Source of the DNA: Candidatus Parcubacteria bacterium
GTDB lineage: Bacteria > Patescibacteriota > Minisyncoccia > UBA6257 > HR35
Direction of reading: 5' to 3'
NCBI GenBank assembly: GCA_025999335.1
Contig: AP024681.1
Span: forward strand, 523,547 to 587,546
DNA: 64,000 nucleotides
The first letter of the stretch is position 1. Each line of letters opens with the position of its first letter. The notes under the pieces were generated by a model. The model saw only the letters and a list, made by a program, of their open reading frames with translations. It did no database searches and was not told where the DNA came from. Below are positions 9,313 through 19,141 of this stretch, piece by piece. The position numbers were made by a program, and so were the translations under genes.

Positions 9313-10545
9313 ATGTTGAGTATGGCGATCTCGTTTTTAATATTTTCAACTGCAATTAACGCTCAAAGCACTAAAGATTCTGATCAGGATGGCATTTTTG
9401 ATGATAAAGATAACTGCCCTAATGTTTATAATCCTAAACAGGAAGATAAAAATCAAAACGGCATTGGTGATGCTTGTGAAGCAGTTCAATGTCCTGATAG
9501 CTCAACGATTGAGGGATATGTTATGCAATGCAAACAATCAGGTTTAGGTTATGAAACTTATCAAGATCAATCAGGTTGTACTCAAGTAAAATGCGTAACG
9601 ACTCAAAATATTTGTCCAAGCGAAACAGAGATAAATAATGCTGTTCAAAAATGTCAACAATCAGGTTCTGATTTTACTTATTACTATGACAACAATAAAT
9701 GCAAGCAAGTTCAATGTATCCCTAAGCAAAATACCTGTCCATCAGAAGCTGATGTTAATAAAAAAATTGAAACTTGCAGATCTCAAGGTTTAGATTATAA
9801 ATTAGAGTATGATAGTAATAAATGCAAGCAAGTTCAATGTATCCCTAAGCAAAATACCTGTCCATCAGAAGCTGATGTTAATAAAAAAATTGAAACTTGC
9901 AGATCTCAAGGTTTAGATTATAAATTAGAGTATGATAGTAATAAATGCAAGCAAGTTCAATGTATCCCTAAGCAAAATACCTGTTCAAGCTCAGAGACAT
10001 TAAATAGTATTATGGAAGATTGCAAGAAAAAAGGATTGGATTATGAATTTTATGAAGAGAATGGTTGTAAACAAGTAAAATGCAAGATACCCGAAAGAAA
10101 AGAATCAACTGAATGTAAAAAAACTGTACAGGGACAATGCATTACAATAACCTGTGGCGATGGTTATACTTTTAATTCTTGTGATGTTCAAAATATGTGT
10201 AAGAATGTTGAATGCAAAAAATTTACCAATGAAAAAGGTTGTTCAGTGTTAAAATGTTCAAATGGTTATGAAGAGTCAGAATGTCCATCAGAGCCTATCA
10301 AGCCAGAAAAACCAGATAAACCTAAGATAGAGTGCAAAACATTTAAAGATGAAAAAGGATGCACAGTTAAGAAATGTTCTGATGGTTCAGAAACTAAGGA
10401 TTGTCGCAATGTTAGGCCAACAAGAAATAAATGTAAAATTTCTACTTATCAATTAATTACTGGAAGACAGTGCGTGGTTAAAGAATGTACCAATGGTTAT
10501 CGCTCAGATAGTTGTAAGCCAAGCAAAAATAAGACAACGCAATAA
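9313..10545 (+). CDS. Secreted Cys-rich repeat protein with a TSP type-3 Ca-binding repeat
   Basis: Signal peptide, DSDQDGIFDDKDNCP..NPKQED..GIGDAC, many Cys modules. Confidence 0.8.
   Translation: MLSMAISFLIFSTAINAQSTKDSDQDGIFDDKDNCPNVYNPKQEDKNQNGIGDACEAVQCPDSSTIEGYVMQCKQSGLGYETYQDQSGCTQVKCVTTQNICPSETEINNAVQKCQQSGSDFTYYYDNNKCKQVQCIPKQNTCPSEADVNKKIETCRSQGLDYKLEYDSNKCKQVQCIPKQNTCPSEADVNKKIETCRSQGLDYKLEYDSNKCKQVQCIPKQNTCSSSETLNSIMEDCKKKGLDYEFYEENGCKQVKCKIPERKESTECKKTVQGQCITITCGDGYTFNSCDVQNMCKNVECKKFTNEKGCSVLKCSNGYEESECPSEPIKPEKPDKPKIECKTFKDEKGCTVKKCSDGSETKDCRNVRPTRNKCKISTYQLITGRQCVVKECTNGYRSDSCKPSKNKTTQ
9694..9984 (+). repeat. Perfect 123-bp tandem repeat (~2.4 copies)
   Basis: Copies start at 9694, 9817 and 9940. 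Confidence 0.95.
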
Positions 10546-10627
10546 ATATTTAGTGATGTAATGATGTTTTTCATTTAAAAAGGTTAAGCAAATATAGAGA
10601 TTATAAATTTTTTAATAAACATTAAGC

Positions 10628-10670
10628 AAAAGTCTGTATCTATGTAAAATAGATACAGACTTTTTGTTTT
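10628..10670 (+). terminator. Intrinsic terminator
   Basis: AAAAGTCTGTATCTAT / ATAGATACAGACTTTT stem followed by a T-run. Confidence 0.85.
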
Positions 10671-10789
10671 TAAAAAACATTTTAAAATAATAACAATTAA
10701 AATTATTTTTTATTATAGTTTTTTATAAAAAGATTTTATTCGATTGAGTAAAAATATAATTGTTAATTCTAAAAAATATGCAACTAAAT

Positions 10790-10830
10790 TAACAACACTA
10801 TTTTTTTTATAGATATTTTTTTGTATAATT
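10790..10830 (+). promoter_or_regulatory. Upstream motif ending in TATAAT, copy 2
   Basis: Near-identical to 9056-9097. Confidence 0.55.
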
Positions 10831-10873
10831 TATTTAATAGGTTGTTAAATAATTAATATATTTCTTATAAACA

Positions 10874-12208
10874 ATGAAAAAATTTTCTTTGTTAGCTCTA
10901 AGCGCTCTTTTAATCTTCAATTTTTCTTTTGCTCAACTGCAATCTTCAGAAGATGAAGAAGATTTGCTTTTTATTCAGTTATATAATTTAAGGGTTTTAA
11001 AAGTTGAGGAAGAAAATGACACTGATCTCAATTCTCAGCTAACTATTACCTCTAAAGTTTATAGATTTTCAAAATGTATAGTTTTTGAAGACGAAGAAGA
11101 CACAAAAGGTAAGATATGTCCTCCAGACATAAGAAAGAAAATTATCTCTAAAGAATTAAAAATAACAATATCAGATGAAACAAAAATTCTTGGAAAAGAT
11201 AGAAAACCATCTACGTTTGAAGATTTAAAAAATGCTTATAGAATTAATGTTTATGGCTATCTTGATTTAGAAGATAATTCACTTGAAGCTTTGGTTGTAA
11301 GAGTTATAGCTAAAAAAATAAAACCCTCTCCAAGTTTACCAAACACATCTGACACATCTGACGGTTATTTTGAAGTTATGGATGTCGATACGGGATTTGC
11401 TATTGATAATGTAAAGATAATAGCAAAATCTTTTCCTAAAATAACATTGGAAGAATGCAAAAAAATTGCTGATTGCAAAAAGCATTTATACAACCCAAAC
11501 CCGAGAGAACCTTCTCAAGAACCTGTGAGTCCTACAGAAGGGATGACTTTTACAAAAGAAGAGTTTAAAAAATACTTCAAAGAAGGACCAGAGGGATTAT
11601 ATTTTTATACCATCGAAGCAGAAGGGTATAAAAGAATGAATCTTCATAGAGTTAAATTAGATAAATCTGAGAAATTTAGTGACACAATAATGATGTCACC
11701 ACTATCGAGGAGTAATAATGGTAGATACAGGAATGATATACCAGAACTTCGCGAAGAATATATTCGTTCATTATTAAAACAAGGTACAGTTTTAGTTGTT
11801 GGTTTTGTGCACGACTCTTATTCGGGTGAACCAATTGCTGGAGTAAAAGTAAGAATACCAAAATTTAATTTAGTGACAACGACTAATGAACGAGGATTCT
11901 ATTTCTTTAATATTCCTGAATATTCATATTCAAATTCAGGCAAAAATAAAAATAATGTTATTGAAAATAAAAATAATGTTATTGATTATATGTGCAAAGA
12001 AATAATGAATACAGCCATAACATATATTTTTTCTAAGGACGGTTATAAAACCATTGAAAGACGCGAAGCATATCCTCTAAATTCTAATAATTATAATGAT
12101 GAGCTAGGACCATATTCTAAGTTAAATATAGAAATGGTTAAAGGAAAAGGCAAAATTTTCAATGATATTGTTCTTCCCGGCGCGTGTTTTCCGAAACCCT
12201 CTAATTAG
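10874..12208 (+). CDS. Secreted protein with a carboxypeptidase-regulatory-like domain
   Basis: Signal peptide; GFVHDSYSGEPIAGVKV..TTTNERGFY..KDGYKT. Confidence 0.7.
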   Translation: MKKFSLLALSALLIFNFSFAQLQSSEDEEDLLFIQLYNLRVLKVEEENDTDLNSQLTITSKVYRFSKCIVFEDEEDTKGKICPPDIRKKIISKELKITISDETKILGKDRKPSTFEDLKNAYRINVYGYLDLEDNSLEALVVRVIAKKIKPSPSLPNTSDTSDGYFEVMDVDTGFAIDNVKIIAKSFPKITLEECKKIADCKKHLYNPNPREPSQEPVSPTEGMTFTKEEFKKYFKEGPEGLYFYTIEAEGYKRMNLHRVKLDKSEKFSDTIMMSPLSRSNNGRYRNDIPELREEYIRSLLKQGTVLVVGFVHDSYSGEPIAGVKVRIPKFNLVTTTNERGFYFFNIPEYSYSNSGKNKNNVIENKNNVIDYMCKEIMNTAITYIFSKDGYKTIERREAYPLNSNNYNDELGPYSKLNIEMVKGKGKIFNDIVLPGACFPKPSN

Positions 12209-12280
12209 GTTTTATTTCTTGTAATCACTGTTTTTTTACTAAATTTTTCTTAATAAAATTAATTTAATTTTAGATACTTT

Positions 12281-13216
12281 CTATTTTTTGTTGTTATTTT
12301 TATTGTTATTTTTTTGAATAGATGCTTTGATGAATTCATCTGGTTCTCTGTGATAGACGGCTGCTTGTTTAATTGTTCAGTCATCTATATGAGGATATTT
12401 TTGTTTTAGGCGTTGAATAGTCTTTAATACTTGCTTAATAAATTGATCCGTTGTACTGGGATGGTGAACAGCGGCGTGTTTAATTATCCAATCATCTATG
12501 TTGTATTTTTCTTTGAGACGCTCAATTTCTCTTAATACTTTTTCAATAAATTGATCGGGTGTTTCATCTTTAATATAATGAACAGCGGCATGTTTGATTA
12601 TTCGTTCATCTATTTGGGGATATTTTTCTTTTAAGCGTTCAATTTCAGTCATTACTTGTTGAATAAATTCATCTATTTTTTTTGGATAATTAATAATAGT
12701 ATGTTTAATAATCCATTCGTCTATAAGAGGATATTTTTTCTTTAATTCTTTTAGAATATTTGGACCTAAAAGATGTTGTCGTTTGGCAATATTAAGAATA
12801 AGCGATGGTGTTAGGCTACTGCCTTTTTTTATCTCGTTTTTTGCTTTTTTTAATACTGATCTAAAACTTAAACCATAAGCTCCAATTATTTTTTTTAATC
12901 TTTCTTTTTGTATTTGTATATTTTGTTTAGGATGTAGAATGCCTATTCTAAATGCAGCTTTGATATTTAATCTTAAACCATCTAAAAAAGTTTGTTCCAC
13001 ATCTTTTATTTCAAGGCCTAATTCTTGAGCAAGATTCAAGATTTTAATTTCATTTAATTTCACTTCAGGATCTGTTTGCCTTAATTCTTCCAAAATATTT
13101 TCAGCTATATTGATAAAACTCTCAACTTTTGCAGTATATTGACCTCTTATTTCTACTTTTTCTTCACGTATTTTTTGTTGTTGTTGCAATTCTTCTTTGG
13201 CTCTTTTTATATCCAT
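12281..13216 (-). CDS. Helical-repeat protein with an internal TGA at 12377-12379 (truncated allele)
   Basis: LKEKY..ID.WIIKHAAVH..PDQFI repeats; the repeat continues 31 codons past the TGA to TAG at 12281. Confidence 0.65.
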
Positions 13217-13309
13217 TATTCATTATTATTTTAAGTTATTTTTTATTATTATTTAAAATAAATTTTTATTAATACAATTATTATCTTAAAATATATAAAA
13301 AATATTACA

Positions 13310-13720
13310 ATGACCGCCTTAGCATTAATTTTTACTTTAGCAGCGATTGGTATTAGCGAGACTGTTTATCTTATTCGTAAAAGAATTGCTTCAGAAAAAC
13401 CAGTGTGTATTATTGGCGAGGATTGCACAAAAGTTTTAACTAGTAAGTATAGTCGACTGTTTTTAATTCCTAATGATGTTTTAGGATTTTTAGCATACAT
13501 TGTTATAGCAACAATTTCAGCTTTTTTAGTTATCGGCGTTGAACCGGTTTCTTTTTGGAATTTTGTTCTTAAAATTTTAATTATTACTGCTTCTTTGATA
13601 TCTATCTTATTTACTTATCTTCAATGGCGAGTTATTAAAGCTTGGTGTTTTTGGTGTTTAATGTCAGCTTTTACGATTTGGCTAATGGGTGTTATAATAT
13701 TAGTGAGCCGAGTGATTTAA
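13310..13720 (+). CDS. Vitamin K epoxide reductase family protein
   Basis: C....C..V..S.YS loop and CFWC redox motif. Confidence 0.9.
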   Translation: MTALALIFTLAAIGISETVYLIRKRIASEKPVCIIGEDCTKVLTSKYSRLFLIPNDVLGFLAYIVIATISAFLVIGVEPVSFWNFVLKILIITASLISILFTYLQWRVIKAWCFWCLMSAFTIWLMGVIILVSRVI

Positions 13721-13733
13721 ATAATTATTTTCA

Positions 13734-14756
13734 ATGGGAAATTTTCAAGGAGGACAACCAACAATATCGACTCCAGATGATAATGAAAGATTTAAAAAAA
13801 TTGAAGAAGCGATTAATTTTCTTCGAGGAGTTAATATTGATTTTGAAGATGGAACAAAAATAACTTTTACTGATAAAGAATTGGAAGGAGTAAAAAAAAG
13901 TATTATTCAAAACCCAACATTTTTAAAAATATTTCTTGATATGATAAAACAACAATCAACTGAAGGCTTTGTCACAAAGTTTAAGCTTAATGTTCAAAAC
14001 CTACAAATTTCTCCTGAAGAGTGGAAAACTTGTGTTTTAGAACAACCATCACTTTTTGTTAGCTCACCAGAAACAATTAAATTCAATATCGAAGGAGTGG
14101 CTAGCTTTATAGCTGATATTTTACAAATATCTAAAGAAGAAGCTGAAAAACTTTATATTAGCAAAATTGCCTTGAAACATAGCTTTATAGCTGATATTTT
14201 ACAAATATCTAAAGAAGAAGCTGAAAAACTTTATATTAGCAAAATTGCCTTGAAACAACCATCACTTTTTACTCAATCTCCGGAAACAATAAAAACAAAA
14301 TTTGATCTTTATAATCTTTTTATAAATCAAGAAGAAAGTGGAATCACAGACTATTTGATTACCCAGCCTTCATATTTTACCCTTGCTTCCGAGAGAATAA
14401 TGGCTTTTTATGTTTTAGCAAAATTAATGAATAAAGAGTTAAGGTTTCGGATGTTAAAGGAAAATCCTCTTAATTTAGCTAGAGAAATGCTTTTTGGAGA
14501 AAATCGAGAAATTTTTGAGACATTATATGAATATTTCCGAAAACTTTTTGAACGAAGAAGAAGAATAAAAAGAAAAATAACTGACAGTGCTGAAATAGAA
14601 GCAAAAACAACCCTACGACATGCTGAAGTTCTTCTTAAATATTTTGGACCGAAGGAGCAAACGGGATTAACCCCAGAGCAGATTGAAAATATTAAAGAAT
14701 TAGTAACAAAAGTAAGAAATCATCTTAGAAAAGAGGAACTTAAAAAGAATAAATAA
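13734..14756 (+). CDS. mTERF-like helical repeat protein
   Basis: Repeated QPSLF..SPETIK motif. Confidence 0.55.
   Translation: MGNFQGGQPTISTPDDNERFKKIEEAINFLRGVNIDFEDGTKITFTDKELEGVKKSIIQNPTFLKIFLDMIKQQSTEGFVTKFKLNVQNLQISPEEWKTCVLEQPSLFVSSPETIKFNIEGVASFIADILQISKEEAEKLYISKIALKHSFIADILQISKEEAEKLYISKIALKQPSLFTQSPETIKTKFDLYNLFINQEESGITDYLITQPSYFTLASERIMAFYVLAKLMNKELRFRMLKENPLNLAREMLFGENREIFETLYEYFRKLFERRRRIKRKITDSAEIEAKTTLRHAEVLLKYFGPKEQTGLTPEQIENIKELVTKVRNHLRKEELKKNK
14102..14257 (+). repeat. Perfect 78-bp tandem duplication
   Basis: 14102-14179 equals 14180-14257. Confidence 0.95.
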
Positions 14757-14758
14757 AA

Positions 14759-15154
14759 ATGAAAAAAGCTTCATTTCATATTTTAAGAGTTGGTTTAGGG
14801 ATAACATTTTTGTGGATTGGAGTTTTAATTTTTAAACAACCTGAAGCTTGGGGTGGATATTTACAACCATGGGCAGCTGGTCTTTTGCCGGTTTCACTTT
14901 CTCAAGCGATGATGGGAACGGCAATTTTAGATATTATTATCGGCTTTTTGTTTCTTGTTGATACTTTAACTTGGTTAGCTTCTTTTTTAGCGATTTTACA
15001 TCTTGTTATTGTTTTAACTGTTAGCGGAATTACTGACATTACCGTAAGAGATATTGCTATTTTAGCTGCTGCTATTAGTATTATGCTTGATGCTTTGCCA
15101 CCAAAATTAATAGATAAATTAAAAATTTTGCATAAAGATAATAAAATTATATAA
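14759..15154 (+). CDS. DoxX-like membrane protein
   Basis: ILRVGLGITFLWIG, VRDIAIL, four TM segments. Confidence 0.75.
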   Translation: MKKASFHILRVGLGITFLWIGVLIFKQPEAWGGYLQPWAAGLLPVSLSQAMMGTAILDIIIGFLFLVDTLTWLASFLAILHLVIVLTVSGITDITVRDIAILAAAISIMLDALPPKLIDKLKILHKDNKII

Positions 15155-15187
15155 TTATAAAAAGTCGTAATTTATTAAAAAGTTATT

Positions 15188-15763
15188 ATGTCAAATAAAA
15201 ATATTATTATTTTCGTTGTTTTGGCTATTGTTTTAGTAGTTGCTGCTTATTTTTTCTTTCAAAGTTCAGGTTTAAATTCAAGTTCTGAGTCATTATCGTT
15301 ACCACCGGTGAGTACTCCATCACCAACGGGAGAGTTCTCGACTGATTATTCAGCGCTTGAAACGACAACTAAAAAACCTTTAGAAACTGCTACTCAAACG
15401 CAAACAGAAAACACAACAACAAAATATACATCAACATCTTCAATGGAAACTCCAAAGGTGATTATTTATACTGATTCTGGTTATTCGCCAAATACTTTGA
15501 AAATAAAAGTCGGGGAATCGGTTACTTTTAAAAACCAGAGTTCACAAGCAATGTGGCCTGCTTCGGCTATGCATCCAAGTCATACAGTCTACAGCGGTAC
15601 ATCTTTAGTAGAGCACTGTCCTGATACCGCTGGAATTGCTTTTGATGCTTGCACGAGTATTCAACCAGGCAATTCTTGGAGTTTTACTTTTAATAAAAAA
15701 GGAAGCTGGAGATATCATGATCATTTAATTCCTTCTTTTACTGGAACAATTATTGTTGAATAA
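15188..15763 (+). CDS. Membrane-anchored cupredoxin-fold protein
   Basis: GYSP..L.IK.G..V.F.N, HPSH, YHDHL...GTIIVE. Confidence 0.8.
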   Translation: MSNKNIIIFVVLAIVLVVAAYFFFQSSGLNSSSESLSLPPVSTPSPTGEFSTDYSALETTTKKPLETATQTQTENTTTKYTSTSSMETPKVIIYTDSGYSPNTLKIKVGESVTFKNQSSQAMWPASAMHPSHTVYSGTSLVEHCPDTAGIAFDACTSIQPGNSWSFTFNKKGSWRYHDHLIPSFTGTIIVE

Positions 15764-15802
15764 ATAAAGTTGAAAATTAATTAGATAGACAATTAAAATA
15801 AA

Positions 15803-16981
15803 ATGAATTACTTAAAAATAATTATCTTTAATCTAATAGGAGCTGTATTAATAATTGCATTTTTCCATATGCAATTATCTTTGGCTGAAGAAAATAATGG
15901 GTTAAGGAAAATTGTTGTTTTTCAAACAATTTTTAATGAATCTGCCAAAGATGAACTTATTGCTAAAGTTGGCGGTGTAAAACTTAAGAATCTTGATTTA
16001 ATTGGCGCTAAAGCTGTATGGTTGCCTGATCGAGCTGCGGTTGAAAAATTAAAATTACTACCAGGAGTTTTGCGTGTTGATGATGATGTGATTGTTGAAG
16101 CTCTTCAAAAAGGTTCAAATCAGTCAACTCAAATTTTACCTTGGGGAATTGACCGTATTGATGCTGAGTTAGTTTGGCCATTAGGAAATACAGCTGATTC
16201 AATAAAAGTTGGCATTATTGACACAGGCATTTCCAATAAACATCCAGATTTAACTTTAAATATTAGAGGCGGCTACAATGCTATTAATCCTCAAAAATCA
16301 TGGAATGATGATAATGGACATGGTTCGCATGTAGCTGGAATAGTTGCTGCCTTAAATAATACTATTGGCGTTGTTGGCGTTGGTCCACAAATAGATCTTT
16401 ATGCTATTAAAGTTTTAAATGCCAATGGTTCGGGTTATCTTTCTGATGTTATTGAAGGGATTCAATGGGCAATAGCTAACGGAATGCAAGTTGTTAATAT
16501 GAGTTTAGGCACAAGTCAAAATGTTCAATCATTGCATGATGCAGTTGTTGTCGCTAAAAATGCAGGCGTAATCATTGTAGCTGCTGCCGGTAATTCTGGT
16601 GGTTCGGTTTCATATCCAGCTGCTTATAATGAAGTAATTGCTGTTTCTGCCATTGATAAAAATAATCAAATTGCTTCTTGGTCGAGTAGAGGTCCAGAAG
16701 TTGATTTTGCTGCTCCCGGTGTATCTATTTATTCAACTTATAAAGGTACAAGTTATGCTACTCTTTCAGGCACATCAATGGCAGCGCCTCATGTTTCTGG
16801 AGCAATAGCTTTAGTTTTAAATACTTCTGTTGGTTCTTATGATATAAATAATAACGGAAAATGGGATCCTGATGAAATAAAAACAAAACTTTGTGATCGA
16901 GCGGTTGATTTAGGCGATCCAGGAGTAGATAATTTGTATGGTTGCGGTTTAGTTAATGCTTTTAACTCTATTCAGCCATAA
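15803..16981 (+). CDS. Subtilisin-like S8 peptidase with propeptide
   Basis: IIDTG, HGSHVAG, AAGN and GTSMAAPHV catalytic motifs. Confidence 0.97.
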   Translation: MNYLKIIIFNLIGAVLIIAFFHMQLSLAEENNGLRKIVVFQTIFNESAKDELIAKVGGVKLKNLDLIGAKAVWLPDRAAVEKLKLLPGVLRVDDDVIVEALQKGSNQSTQILPWGIDRIDAELVWPLGNTADSIKVGIIDTGISNKHPDLTLNIRGGYNAINPQKSWNDDNGHGSHVAGIVAALNNTIGVVGVGPQIDLYAIKVLNANGSGYLSDVIEGIQWAIANGMQVVNMSLGTSQNVQSLHDAVVVAKNAGVIIVAAAGNSGGSVSYPAAYNEVIAVSAIDKNNQIASWSSRGPEVDFAAPGVSIYSTYKGTSYATLSGTSMAAPHVSGAIALVLNTSVGSYDINNNGKWDPDEIKTKLCDRAVDLGDPGVDNLYGCGLVNAFNSIQP

Positions 16982-17007
16982 GATAAGCAAACGATAAAAA
17001 ATTAATA

Positions 17008-19083
17008 ATGATAATATTTCATAAACAAGCAATGAAAAAATTTTTATCACTTTTTACACTTATTATTTTTATTTACCTTACCCCTATATTTGTTTTTGCT
17101 CAAGAAAGATTTAATTGGGAGCAAATTTTATTAGATAGAAAAAATACAGGAACTTTGTCAACAAGCTCCTTTTATTTTATGAAAGAAGGGGAAAAGGGGA
17201 AAAAATCTGTTAAGCTTGATCCTGTAAAAAAAGTTGAATTAGAACTAAAATATGGCGATGAAAAGTTAATTGAAATTCAAAAATTAGTAAAAGAGAAACC
17301 GATGAAAGGAAAAATAGTAGCTGTAGGCAGTGGTAAAAAATCTGAAGAAAAATTTATTAAAGCTTTAAAAAAAGCTTTTGACAATTATTTTAAATCTCAA
17401 GAGAGATTAACTGAAATATTAAAATCTTTACCCCAAAATAAAAATACCGAAGAATTAAAACAGAAGATTGCCGAAAGAGTAATTCTTCATCAGGCACTTT
17501 TTGATGAGATAACTGATCAGTTAGGAACAATTACGCAAGGTCAAGAAGTATTAAGAGGAATAGAAAAAAAAGATATTCGTCGCGGAATGGTGATAGCTAA
17601 ACCCGGAACGATAATAGCTCCTCGTTTTGAACAAGTGGTTAATAAACTTCCTTATCCTGAAGGTATTCGTGAGTTAAAAGCTTTAGAAATTTTAACCAGA
17701 ATAGAAGAAAATTTGCCTGAAAAAGCTAAAGAAGAAATCGAGACAGCAAAAAAAGCTATTCAAGAAAAGTTTATTAAAGGAAGAGAGACGCTAAAGCCAA
17801 CTGTGAGTGGGACGGCGGAAGCTGACGCGAAAATAGGAGAATTAAAAATAGAACAAGGAGCTTCGGGTTATCTTAAAGTTGAAGGCGTACCAGTAGAGAT
17901 AAAAGCATTCAATAAAGTCATTGAAGAATTAGAAAAAGAAGTCCAAAAACCTTCATTAGTTACTCAAAGACCAAATGTTGTTAATATTGAAGCATTAAGA
18001 TTATTAACAGAAAAAGTTAAAGAAGCAACTAAAGACGTGCGAAAAATTCAACAAACAACCGATAAATTAGAACAGACTAGAGTACGTTGGTTTAAGCTAA
18101 TAATAGATGATGTTGTCTTTGGCGAATTTAAAGAGATTTCAACAAATGGAGTAAAATCAGAAGGCGAAGATGGATATATTCTTTTGAAAAGCGGTTTTAT
18201 TTCTAAGGGCGGCAGAAAAGCAATGATAGATTGGATTAATGCTACAACCAGAAGAGAAGATCCAAGACGAACCGTTACAATACAACCACTTGATAGCAAT
18301 GGCAATCCTATAAAAACATATACATCCAAATGCGTAGTTATTAATAGCGAAAAAATTAATCTTAACGATAAAACAAAATCTACCATTGAAGAACTCAAAT
18401 TGAAATGCGAACAGAGAATAAAAATAAATGATGTTCCAAGTGAATCTGATTTTAAACAGAAATCAATGGATGAAAATGCCGGCGAGATAGAAAGAAGGTC
18501 TTGCCCCACAATTACTCCCGATATTTTAAAAGGAAAAGAAGAATGCTTAAAAGCAGCTAAGTATCTTGATGAAATATATCCGGGATGCGATTACACAAGT
18601 GCTTGTAAGGTAATGGATAATGATGCTGATGAAGTTCCAGGCTCTCAAAAACCATCTTTAGATTGCGGTCCCGCTCCAGGTGCTCCTGGAAATTGGAGGT
18701 GTATTGACGGCGCCTGGAAAGATGTAAGTCAATGTGGAAAAATTCAATGTATAAAATATTATCCGGTTTGTGGAAGCGATGGTAAAACTTATTCTTGCGG
18801 TGAAATTGATGCTGAATCTTGCGGCGTAAAAGTTGCTTATAAAGGAGAGTGTAAAAAAGAGGAACTTTTAACTCCACCTTTACCTTTGCCACGACAGCCA
18901 CCAGCAACATCGTCACTAAGCGTTCCAGCATTAAGATTACCTCAGGCAATTTTTTGTACCCAGGAATGGAATCCAGTTTGCGGAACAGATAATAAAACTT
19001 ATTCTAATGAATGCACTGCAAAAGCAGCCGAAGTTGGGATTCAATATAGAGGTGAATGTAGATCTTTTGTTTCTCCTTACTAA
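17008..19083 (+). CDS. Secreted mosaic protein: DUF5667-like scaffold, tail-tube gp19-like domain, two Kazal domains
   Basis: Signal peptide; DPVKKVELELK.DEKL.E; PVCGSDGKTY and PVCGTDNKTYSNEC; real start may be the second Met (MKKF). Confidence 0.75.
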   Translation: MIIFHKQAMKKFLSLFTLIIFIYLTPIFVFAQERFNWEQILLDRKNTGTLSTSSFYFMKEGEKGKKSVKLDPVKKVELELKYGDEKLIEIQKLVKEKPMKGKIVAVGSGKKSEEKFIKALKKAFDNYFKSQERLTEILKSLPQNKNTEELKQKIAERVILHQALFDEITDQLGTITQGQEVLRGIEKKDIRRGMVIAKPGTIIAPRFEQVVNKLPYPEGIRELKALEILTRIEENLPEKAKEEIETAKKAIQEKFIKGRETLKPTVSGTAEADAKIGELKIEQGASGYLKVEGVPVEIKAFNKVIEELEKEVQKPSLVTQRPNVVNIEALRLLTEKVKEATKDVRKIQQTTDKLEQTRVRWFKLIIDDVVFGEFKEISTNGVKSEGEDGYILLKSGFISKGGRKAMIDWINATTRREDPRRTVTIQPLDSNGNPIKTYTSKCVVINSEKINLNDKTKSTIEELKLKCEQRIKINDVPSESDFKQKSMDENAGEIERRSCPTITPDILKGKEECLKAAKYLDEIYPGCDYTSACKVMDNDADEVPGSQKPSLDCGPAPGAPGNWRCIDGAWKDVSQCGKIQCIKYYPVCGSDGKTYSCGEIDAESCGVKVAYKGECKKEELLTPPLPLPRQPPATSSLSVPALRLPQAIFCTQEWNPVCGTDNKTYSNECTAKAAEVGIQYRGECRSFVSPY
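19010..19062 (+). repeat. 53-bp direct repeat, copy 1 (3' end of Kazal coding sequence)
   Basis: Identical to 20728-20780. Confidence 0.95.
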
Positions 19084-19141
19084 ATATATAAATTTTTTGA
19101 AATTTATATAATTTGATATTTTGAGTAATATATGTTAAAAT

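Noticed and set aside
12377-12379. UGA reassignment (code 4 or 25)
   Set aside because: topA, ROK, the LTD gene and the R-M gene end in TGA at natural positions, and long genes contain no in-frame TGA.
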